This document shows, piece by piece, positions 7,285 through 16,000 of a DNA stretch of 20,000 nucleotides. Made by a program: the position numbers and the translations under genes. The DNA comes from an uncultured virus (IMG/VR IMGVR_UViG_3300010885_047555) (taxonomy: Duplodnaviria > Heunggongvirae > Uroviricota > Caudoviricetes). Under the pieces are notes generated by a model, which saw only the letters and a list, made by a program, of their open reading frames with translations, was not told the DNA's origin and ran no database searches. The stretch lies in the IMG/VR virus record IMGVR_UViG_3300010885_047555. The stretch is one strand, 5' to 3'. How positions within the stretch are numbered: position 1 is the first letter of the stretch; every line of letters begins with the position of its first letter.

Positions 7285-7977
7285 ATGCCGAGCAATAGTA
7301 CGCCTCGTATCGGCCAGCGCCCAAGCACTTCAGGCATTAGCCTTCCTGCCGGCGTTATCACATTCGTAGATGCAACAAATAATACTATTAATTTTATTAC
7401 GCAAAATGGGCAATATATTTCTGGTGTAAAAGTCCTAGGAAGCAATGTCCCATATGTTATTGGACAACACATTGTCTATGCGAACGATACTGCTGGAAAT
7501 ACCGTTGTGCTTGGAACGTGGGACTCACAACAAAAAATAAATACTCAGTTATACGCATCCGTCTATAGAGGCACTGGAGCTACAGCACAAAACACCACTA
7601 CTTCGGGTTCTGGTACTACAGTTAACTTCAATCTAGTTACCTCTGACGCATATTCCATGTGGAGCACAGCAAATAATGAATTTACCGTTCCAGTAACTGG
7701 TATTTATAATTTAAATTGTTGCGTAGCCTTCGATAGTGCTGTTAACTCAACTGGATATAGAGCGGTATATATCAATGTATCTGGAAGCAATCAGGCGCTC
7801 AATAGAGTTGCAACTGCGCCAGCGGTTGATACATATATGAATTTATCTACAACATGCAAAATGTTGGCTGGGGAAAAAGCGCATGTGTCGGCCGTAAGTT
7901 CAACGGCAGTGGTAATTCCTATCCCAACAGGCGGAAACTTAGTAAACTTCACTATCAGTTACATCGGGCCCGCATAA
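7285..7977 (+). CDS. Virion-type protein with C-terminal C1q/TNF-like beta-jelly-roll domain
   Basis: TVNFNLV.SDAYSMW....NEFTVPVTGIYNL...V ... LAGEKAHV ... NFTISYIG fits the C1q F.F...FT.P..G.Y...L..GD.V..F pattern; AGGAG RBS at 7275-7279. Confidence 0.75.
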   Translation: MPSNSTPRIGQRPSTSGISLPAGVITFVDATNNTINFITQNGQYISGVKVLGSNVPYVIGQHIVYANDTAGNTVVLGTWDSQQKINTQLYASVYRGTGATAQNTTTSGSGTTVNFNLVTSDAYSMWSTANNEFTVPVTGIYNLNCCVAFDSAVNSTGYRAVYINVSGSNQALNRVATAPAVDTYMNLSTTCKMLAGEKAHVSAVSSTAVVIPIPTGGNLVNFTISYIGPA

Positions 7978-9488
7978 TGGCTAAGTTCGTTCTCTCGCGC
8001 CTACCAGAGACGGACGACGAGCTTTGGCACGTTGTTCACGCAATGTGGGGTGTCACAATCCCGAGACATAAGGTTTGTCCAGATCATGTAGCTCCCTTTG
8101 ATGCCTTTGCGGATGCTTACTTCGGCAGGGACGGAACCATTAGCTTGTGGCACGGCAGCCGAGGACTATCCGGAAAATCATTTACTCTATCAATTCTTGG
8201 ACTAACAAAAGCCTTTTTATTGGGAGCTGACTGTAACCTACTGGGAGGGTCATTAGCTCAATCTGCCAACATTCACAACGCCATGCGTGATGCGCTTGAC
8301 TCAGAAAATGCCCCTAGAGACATGCTTACAATGGAATCTAAAACTGAGGTTAAGGTTACCAACGGGGCAAAGATTAGACCGCTAACTGCTTCACAAAAGA
8401 CAGTGCGTGGCCCTCACCCTCCATTTCTGCTTCTAGATGAAATAGACGAAATGGATATTTCAATCCTCGATGCCGCTTTGGGCCAGCCAATGCCTCAAAA
8501 GAACTATCTCGGGGAAATCATTCAACCGTACACCGTTCTATGTTCAACTTGGCAGAATCCTGTAGGAACGTTCACAGAGATAAAGAGACGCTTTGAAGAG
8601 CGTGGATTACCTGCCAAAACGTGGTGCTGGCGGGAATCAGCTAATCCCATTGATGGATGGCTCTCAATGGAAACAGTAGAACAAAAACGTCGGGAAATCC
8701 CTGCAGAAATGTGGAGAGTTGAATACGAATTAGGTGAACCATCTATTGGTAACCGTGCATTTGATTCTGACGCCATCGAAAAGACATTCTGTTTGCCACT
8801 TGAGCCTATTTACGAAAAAACAGCCAAAGACTTCGAGGAGTACACCTTCGAAGGGCCAATGCCAGGTGGTGAGTATGTTGCAGGTGCTGACTGGGCAAAA
8901 GAGCGAGACTATACAGTCATTGCTGTCATGCGTATAGATGTTCAACCATATCGTCTTGTTTACTATATGCGAGTAAACCGAAGACCGTATCCAATGATGG
9001 TGGGGTGGTTCAATACAGCCATTCAGATTTATAATGCTGACGCTATCCATGATGGCACTGGTCTTGGAAACGTAGTAAACGACTATCTAGATTTAAGAGC
9101 CAGATCATTCCTGATGACAGGTAAAAATAGAGATGACATGCTGTCCGAGTATGTTTCAGCAATTGAGCGTGGCGAGTTTGAGCTACCAAAGGTTCTTACC
9201 CTGTACACTGCACACAAATACGCTCAGGTTGGAGATCTTTATCGTGGAGGACAATCATTCCATTTACCAGACGAAGTGTGTGCTCTAGCATTATGTAACA
9301 GATTGATAACTAAAAGAATTCCGGCAGTTACAATTCTTGGTGTTCCTAAAAATGGAGAGCCGAGTAAGTATGCAAAAGATTTAGATCCACCAAAAAATAA
9401 TCAAAGTGATGGAATTATTAGCATGGGTGAAGGTGAAGTTCGAGTTAAAACAGATAGAGACGGAAACAGTTTCACCCTAATGGTATGA
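7977..9488 (+). CDS. terL: Terminase large subunit
   Basis: Walker A-like GSRGLSGKS, VRG plus Walker B LLLDEIDE, motif III CST, and nuclease GADWAKERDYT. Start at ATG 7977 is coupled to the upstream TAA. Confidence 0.92.
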   Translation: MAKFVLSRLPETDDELWHVVHAMWGVTIPRHKVCPDHVAPFDAFADAYFGRDGTISLWHGSRGLSGKSFTLSILGLTKAFLLGADCNLLGGSLAQSANIHNAMRDALDSENAPRDMLTMESKTEVKVTNGAKIRPLTASQKTVRGPHPPFLLLDEIDEMDISILDAALGQPMPQKNYLGEIIQPYTVLCSTWQNPVGTFTEIKRRFEERGLPAKTWCWRESANPIDGWLSMETVEQKRREIPAEMWRVEYELGEPSIGNRAFDSDAIEKTFCLPLEPIYEKTAKDFEEYTFEGPMPGGEYVAGADWAKERDYTVIAVMRIDVQPYRLVYYMRVNRRPYPMMVGWFNTAIQIYNADAIHDGTGLGNVVNDYLDLRARSFLMTGKNRDDMLSEYVSAIERGEFELPKVLTLYTAHKYAQVGDLYRGGQSFHLPDEVCALALCNRLITKRIPAVTILGVPKNGEPSKYAKDLDPPKNNQSDGIISMGEGEVRVKTDRDGNSFTLMV

Positions 9489-9537
9489 CACATCGTGGAT
9501 AATAAGTATGAGAATGCTATGCCTATAGGAGTATTAA

Positions 9538-11172
9538 ATGTCCGTTAGCGGAGAATTTCTTGCCAATATCACGGACACAGCTCTGCCTGGAGACGGTATC
9601 CCACAGAACGTCAATCCAATGGCCGAACTCGGTATCACGGGTCTTAGACGCTTTTCCGGTTATGTTGATGAAGAATTCCTACCACAACTGCGTGGTCGTA
9701 AAGCCGTACAGGTTTACAAAGAAATGGCAGACAACGACCCAATCGTGGGAGCGTTGTTATTTGCTATTGATCGCCTTGTACGTCAAGTAGAGTGGCGCGT
9801 AGAGCCGGCATCTGGCTCCGTGGAGGCTAAAGCAGCAGCCAAGTTCGTTGAAGAGTGCATGGAAGATATGTCTCATACTTGGGACGACTTTATTGCCGAA
9901 GTAGCTACCATGAACATTTATGGTTGGTCATGGCACGAAATCGTATATAAGCGCCGTGTAGGTATGTGGGAAACAGACCCCAAGAAGCGTTCAAGATTCT
10001 CAGATAACAAAATTGGCTGGCGCAAGATGCCTATCCGCGCACAAGAAACGTGGCTGCGCTGGGTATTTGATGAATCTGGTGGCGTAAAAGCGTTAGTACA
10101 GCTTGCCCCACCGCACTACAAATTGGTAGTTATCCCAATCGAGAAGTCTCTTTTGTTCCGTACTACGGTAACAAAGAACAACCCAGAGGGCAGATCCCTA
10201 CTGCGTAACGCTTACCGCCCGTGGTACATGAAGAAACGCCTTGAGGAAATTGAAGGTATTGGTGTAGAACGTGACCTTGCCGGTCTTCCAGTAGCAAAGG
10301 TTCCTGCCGCGTATTTGAATGCCAAACCAGGTTCTGACCAAGCAAAGATGGTTGATGCATTTCGGAAGATGGTTCGCTCTGTACGTAGAGATGAACAAGA
10401 AGGCATCATCCTCCCACAAGCATTTGACCAAGACACCAACCAGCCGTTATTTGGATTTGAGCTCCTGACCTCGGGTGGCGGGCGCTCATTTAATACTAAC
10501 GAGATTATCCAAAGATATGAGCAAAGAATGCTTATGTCTGTATTGGCCGACTTCATCATGGTAGGCCATTCGGGCACTGGTTCATATGCCCTCCATACGG
10601 ACAAGACAGGCCTTTTCAGGGCCTCAATGAACTCCATCACCCGTTCTATTGCCAACACCCTAAATAGACACGCTATACCACGTCTATTCGCCATTAACGG
10701 GTGGAAGACTGACGAGCTACCTAAGTTTGTACCTGGAGACATCGATCCACCAGATTTGGGTCAATTGTCGCAGTTTATGACCTCTATGACTTCAGCCGGA
10801 GCGAACTGGTTCCCAGATGAGCAACTAGAGAAGTTCTTGCGCAATGCTGCACGCCTACCAGAGATGGGCTCGGACGAAGAAAAGGTCAAGGAAGAGATGA
10901 CCCGACAGAGTCTCATTATTCAGCAGGCAAAGCAGCAGCTTGAAGCCCTACAACTACAGCAACAAGCACAACAGGGAATCATGTCTACCCAGACACAAGA
11001 ACTCGGTCTGCAACAACAACAGCAGGCAGCCGCACAAACACCAGAACAACGGGCAAATCAAGCGGCAAAAGATGACGAAAACCATTCTTTGCAGTCACAA
11101 AAGCAGCAACTAGATATTGAAGCACAGAAGAAGGAAATGTCTAAGACCGCCCCTAGCGACAAGAAGAAGTAA
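9538..11172 (+). CDS. Portal protein (DUF935-like) with Gln-rich C-terminal tail
   Basis: Follows terL; YGWSWHEIVY, NPEGRSLLRNAYRPW and ERDLAGLP motifs of DUF935-type portals; AGGAG RBS. Confidence 0.88.
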   Translation: MSVSGEFLANITDTALPGDGIPQNVNPMAELGITGLRRFSGYVDEEFLPQLRGRKAVQVYKEMADNDPIVGALLFAIDRLVRQVEWRVEPASGSVEAKAAAKFVEECMEDMSHTWDDFIAEVATMNIYGWSWHEIVYKRRVGMWETDPKKRSRFSDNKIGWRKMPIRAQETWLRWVFDESGGVKALVQLAPPHYKLVVIPIEKSLLFRTTVTKNNPEGRSLLRNAYRPWYMKKRLEEIEGIGVERDLAGLPVAKVPAAYLNAKPGSDQAKMVDAFRKMVRSVRRDEQEGIILPQAFDQDTNQPLFGFELLTSGGGRSFNTNEIIQRYEQRMLMSVLADFIMVGHSGTGSYALHTDKTGLFRASMNSITRSIANTLNRHAIPRLFAINGWKTDELPKFVPGDIDPPDLGQLSQFMTSMTSAGANWFPDEQLEKFLRNAARLPEMGSDEEKVKEEMTRQSLIIQQAKQQLEALQLQQQAQQGIMSTQTQELGLQQQQQAAAQTPEQRANQAAKDDENHSLQSQKQQLDIEAQKKEMSKTAPSDKKK

Positions 11173-12387
11173 ATGATTAGTGCCTTTGGGATAGAACATG
11201 GCGTAGCAATTGTAAAGGCTGAGCGTTATGACCCTAAAAAACATAAAGTACTGAAGCCTGGTTATCATTTAATGGTCGAAGATCATGGGGCCAACAAAGG
11301 GGCTAGACGCACTAAAACTGTTTTAGCGGATAATGAATTACGCAATTACAACTTAAACAGGGCCGTTAGCACTTATGAGCAAAAAATACAGCGTAAGGTT
11401 ACTAAGCCTGAATTTGAAATGCTAAGACGCGAACAAATAAAGGGAATTTGGCGCCCAAATCATCATACCTCTAGGAACAGTTCTTCTACAGGTATAGACA
11501 GAGAAAACGTAAACGGAATTAATGACACTAGCAGCAATTACGACACTAAACGTTTTTGGACCGACAAAGAAAGAATTGATAGGGATCAAAAGCTAAGAGC
11601 GGCACTTAAAACACGTCGTAAAAAGATTGTAAAGTCGTTTTTATCTGTAAACGGTCCAGACATGGGAACTTCTAAGCCAATTACGTCAATGTCTACAAAC
11701 GAGCGCGCTAACTTGCGTTCGAGCCTTATAAGACAAACGGATGCACGTAAACAGAAGAAAATCTTTACCGGTCCGTTGAAAAGGCCATTTGACGCGTCTA
11801 AACGACCTAATGAAGTATCTGAACAATTTAAAAATCGTTCGCGGGTAAAACGTACAGAGGCAAGAGAACTGCATTTGTCACAAAAACCAGCAGAAGCCGT
11901 AGAGGTTCTACAAAGAGCTAAGTTTGCACCATCAAAAAGTCAAATGCTTAAAATTGGTTTGAGTTCTGCTATTGCTAGCGGAGCGGCAAGAGAACTAAAA
12001 AGGCGTCACAGCGTTTCTAAGGCTATGAACAAGAATAGAAGAGTAGACGCTGGTATCGGAGCTGCTGGAGGCGCAAGCGCCATGGTGGCGGCAAATGAAG
12101 TAGGCGGATGGGCAGCAAAACGCTCAATTGAGTCCTATAGACATAAGAACTGGGACAACAAGGTACATAATCCAATCTGGTCAGAACACAGAAAGAAATA
12201 CGGTGTTGAACAGGCAAAAAGTGGAAAAGTTCCGCTGGAGTTTTTTGAGAAGTATCCAAAGGCATTGCCTGGCAGTAAGGCAACGAGAATTCTAGCAATT
12301 AAAAACAGACCGAGCGTAGCCACTGCAAGTATCACAAGCGCTGCAGCACTAGGAGCAGCGTTAGCTTCGAGGAGAAAAACCAAATGA
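11173..12387 (+). CDS. Basic modular protein, putative internal virion (cargo) polyprotein
   Basis: Abuts the portal stop. Leader MISAFGIEHGVAIVK|A, internal IVK|S and VSK|A sites; K/R-rich with Gly/Ala hydrophobic segments. Confidence 0.7.
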   Translation: MISAFGIEHGVAIVKAERYDPKKHKVLKPGYHLMVEDHGANKGARRTKTVLADNELRNYNLNRAVSTYEQKIQRKVTKPEFEMLRREQIKGIWRPNHHTSRNSSSTGIDRENVNGINDTSSNYDTKRFWTDKERIDRDQKLRAALKTRRKKIVKSFLSVNGPDMGTSKPITSMSTNERANLRSSLIRQTDARKQKKIFTGPLKRPFDASKRPNEVSEQFKNRSRVKRTEARELHLSQKPAEAVEVLQRAKFAPSKSQMLKIGLSSAIASGAARELKRRHSVSKAMNKNRRVDAGIGAAGGASAMVAANEVGGWAAKRSIESYRHKNWDNKVHNPIWSEHRKKYGVEQAKSGKVPLEFFEKYPKALPGSKATRILAIKNRPSVATASITSAAALGAALASRRKTK

Positions 12388-12980
12388 TTAGTCCGTTTGG
12401 GGTAGAACACGGTGGAATATATAAAGCCAAAGATCCATGCTGGGACGGTTACAAACAAGAAGGCATGAAGAATAAGGGCGGAAGATTAGTCCCCAATTGC
12501 ATTCCAAAAACAAAGAAGGTTTCTAAATCCTGGCAAACTAAGGATGGCAAGAACCCAAAAGGTGGTCTCAACGAAAAGGGTCGCAAGTCGTACGAGCGAG
12601 AGAACCCGGGTTCAAACCTAAAGCCACCAGTAAAGGCCGGAAACAATCCTAGAAGGTCCTCATTCCTTGCCCGTATGGGTAACATGCCGGGACCAGAACA
12701 TAAACCTAATGGTGAGCCTACGAGACTCCTATTATCGTTGCAGGCATGGGGAGCTTCGTCTAAAGCAGATGCAAAAAGAAAAGCAGCAGCAATATCCAAA
12801 GGTTTTATTCCACCAGAACCAATAAGAAAATTACCTACGCACGCAATTGTCAATGGACGTAAATTCAGAGTTTCTCACATAGAAAACGATTGGGTGTATG
12901 TACATGACGAAAATGGAGTAATGGGGCATCATAGAAGCCGCGTTATATTTCCTAAAACAAGAAAGCCAAAACAGCCTTAA
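12384..12980 (+). CDS. Modular protein with CWDGY...VPNC module and DUF6321-like module, putative internal virion polyprotein
   Basis: Leader MISPFGVEHGGIYK|A; modules DPCWDGY...VPNCIP and WQTKDGKNPKGGLNEKGR...RRSSFLARM...SLQAWG; ATGA overlap with the previous gene. Confidence 0.75.
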   Translation: MISPFGVEHGGIYKAKDPCWDGYKQEGMKNKGGRLVPNCIPKTKKVSKSWQTKDGKNPKGGLNEKGRKSYERENPGSNLKPPVKAGNNPRRSSFLARMGNMPGPEHKPNGEPTRLLLSLQAWGASSKADAKRKAAAISKGFIPPEPIRKLPTHAIVNGRKFRVSHIENDWVYVHDENGVMGHHRSRVIFPKTRKPKQP

Positions 12981-13033
12981 CCTGGCTAGTATTATTTGAG
13001 ACAATTAGACAATAGTTGCCCATAGGAGCAGAT

Positions 13034-16000
13034 GTGACATTCAATCCAATTTCAAGAGCTAAACTCGGCGTAGCTGCAGACGACCCATTTTTTGATGATG
13101 ATGCAGCGGCAAAGATGTACCACGAGATTAGCAAAATGGATCAAGATGAAGCCACTGTTTTGCTGCAGATGGCTGCTTTTCACGTTGCAGCAAGAGACCT
13201 TACCCGCTACGGCGAAGTCATTGAGGCTGGATACAACAAAGAGATTGCCAAGCGCGCAGAACGCGTAAAAGGCACACTTACTCGCAATCTAATTTCAAAG
13301 GGAAAAGACCCCGCACCATATCTTGCCTATTTAGACGAAATCTCCAAAGCCGTTGATCCAATCACTGATTGGGATATATCTAATAGAGTAAAGCGACAGT
13401 TGCGCGATCCAGGTGGACGTTTCCGCGTCATGACTCACAAAATTGAGCCAAATATTCTTGATAAACCCATCAGAGCGGGAGAAGCGCAAAAACTTGGTAT
13501 CCCAAAGCCATCTAGGGCTGGAGGAACTGATAAAGGTGTGCGTCTAGACGATGCTGCCAATAAGAAGTTTCAAGGCGATTACTATCAAGTATCTAATCTT
13601 TTAAAAACCATCCAAAATGATCCAATTACAGCTAAGGGCGCAGTCGTAACCCTTAATTACACGGATGGTACGACTGATCAATTCCTGACTACTGAGGGAC
13701 AAGACAAATTAAAAGATAAGTTTGCGGGAGAGAAATACGCAACCGGCAATCGTGTAGCCTCTGTAGACTTAAGTTTCTTGCGAGAAGATAACCCTCAAAT
13801 CGACCTCATGTCAGCAATGGGAGTTCCCGGTGGCGGTATGAGAAATCAAGCTATTAATTACATGTCAAACGTCAACGGTCAAGATAAAGCTTTGGTTGAT
13901 TACGGCACTAGCATGAATTCATATAGAGACACAGACGTATTAAACCCAGCAGACCGTGCCTACAGAAGACTTGGTGCGACGGCAAATCTTCTTTCTAACA
14001 TACTTCCGGACTCTGCAATTAAGACTCAACTTGCTCTTAACGCTGCCAAATGGGCAGGATTTAACGCCACTGAGGTTGAACGTGTTATAGGACCGGGAGC
14101 ACGTAAAGTGGCTTACCGATACCGAGGCATCGAAAAAGCTCCTAATCCTGGGCTACAAAAAACTATTGACGCCTATATTGCTGGAACCAAGGGTAATAAG
14201 GACAAGGCTAGAGATATTCTCATTAACGGTTCCAATGTTGAAATGGCCACAAACAATGGAGTTCGTCAAGAATTCAAGGAAAGCCCAATCATTCAGTACT
14301 TGGTTAAAGATCTTCCAAAGAAAGAATTGGTAAACCTTCAGACTAAATCGGGAGCGATGCCACCCTCACGTGGATATATTATTGATCGCAACGGAAAGAT
14401 TATTACTGAAGCTGCCGGCTACGGAGATGACCATTATCTTCCGTTTAACCTAAAAAACATCTCAAAGCTAAAAGGCGGAGAATACGTACGTACGCGTACG
14501 CTAGGTGGACCTACTACAGAAGACATCTACGCAGGCCTCATTTCTGGTGCTCGTAGCGTCACCGTTGTATCGCGCTCAGGTATCTACACCGTAGAGTTTG
14601 ATGAAGCTTTCCGTGGATCGCGTCGCTATAACGATAAGGCCGCTCGTATGGTTGGCCGTTATGGAATGATTCTTGATGCCGTTAAGAGCGGAGATGTAAC
14701 TCTCGAAACGGTACCTGGCGACAGAATCGAAGAACTCAAATCTGAGGCATTCCGACTATACCCAGACGAAACCAGCGAAGGCTATGCGAGAGAACTTAAT
14801 AGATTAAAGAAAGTTGAAGAATCTAATCCTCGCATGTCGCAGACGCGTTTGGACGAGACCGCCAGAGAATTCCTTCGCACAGTAGCTTCGCGCCAGAAGA
14901 CCAGAGATGGCTCTGAAATGACCTATGACGAAATGGTTGCAGGTCTTATCAATAGAGACGTAGCAACACAGGTCGCGGAAGACACAGCATGGCTGGGTGG
15001 CATTCAAGGGGCACCTACTGGAACCATTGAAGCTAACGCTAGAGAAATGATTGCTACCAAATACAAGAACCCAGAAGCAATTATTAATACCATTGGTCTA
15101 GACGACGAATATAACAAATTCTTTGAAACCCAGATGAAAACCTATAAGGCTTCGCAAGCACCATTGCGCCTAGACGGTCCGGGATATGCTTTTGCACTTG
15201 ACGCAATGAAAGAACAATTCCCTTATTACATTAAGAGCATCAAATATCGCCAGCTTAATCAGTCGGACGCTGATACTCGCAGGGACGTTGGTTATGTTAA
15301 ACCTAATTTCACGCGTCCAGAAGGTGTTCAGGCTGGATACTACGATGCTTCAATTAATGGATCAAAGAAGATTAGCGCTGACCGTCTTAACTATCAAAAC
15401 CTAAGAGTGGTGGGAACTTACGATAGATCTGGCGGACAACAGCCCGTAGATTACAATCCCCCTGCAAATCGTAGAGCAGAAACGAACAACGGTAATGAGG
15501 ACAAAAACGTTGGATTTGGGGATACCAGAACACCAAACAGTAATCCGGAAACAAAAAAGAATTCAGCAAAAGACGTAAGAGAAATGTTCCAAAAACGTAC
15601 TGCTACCGACAGAAACTATAATTCTCCTAAATTTGGCGTGGTTGCTAGCGGGTCAGAACTCGATGTGCACTTCAAAGCAGCTTTTCCATTTACCTTTGGC
15701 ATGACTCCTACAGAATTTGATGAAGCTTGGGACGACAATCCAGACATGGTTGAAGCTTCAATGAAAAGAGAAATTGCTCAGTTGAGAGAGTTCTTCACTC
15801 TAGGAAACAGCGAATCTGCCAAGTTATTTGCCTTTAACAATGGTGGAAATGTGCCAATCATGAAATATGACAGACTAAACCCACCGTTGTCTGAAATTCT
15901 AAAAGGATCAAAATTTGACTTTGGCGACCCTCTGTTTATGCCTGGAATTGAATCCGACAGAATTAAAGCAAAACTTGAAACTGATCCAAATCTAGCTGGC

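Noticed and set aside
7854..7976. N-terminal extension of terL in the ORF track
   Set aside because: It overlaps the C1q-like gene; the TAATG-coupled ATG at 7977 is the more plausible start.
10163..10742. Minus-strand ORFs inside the portal, and similar antisense ORFs elsewhere
   Set aside because: They lie antisense to well-supported genes and show no motifs.
12981..13015. Short direct repeat AGACAAT-T-AGACAAT upstream of the giant gene
   Set aside because: Two 7-nt copies in an AT-rich gap with no second instance noticed; too weak to call an operator.
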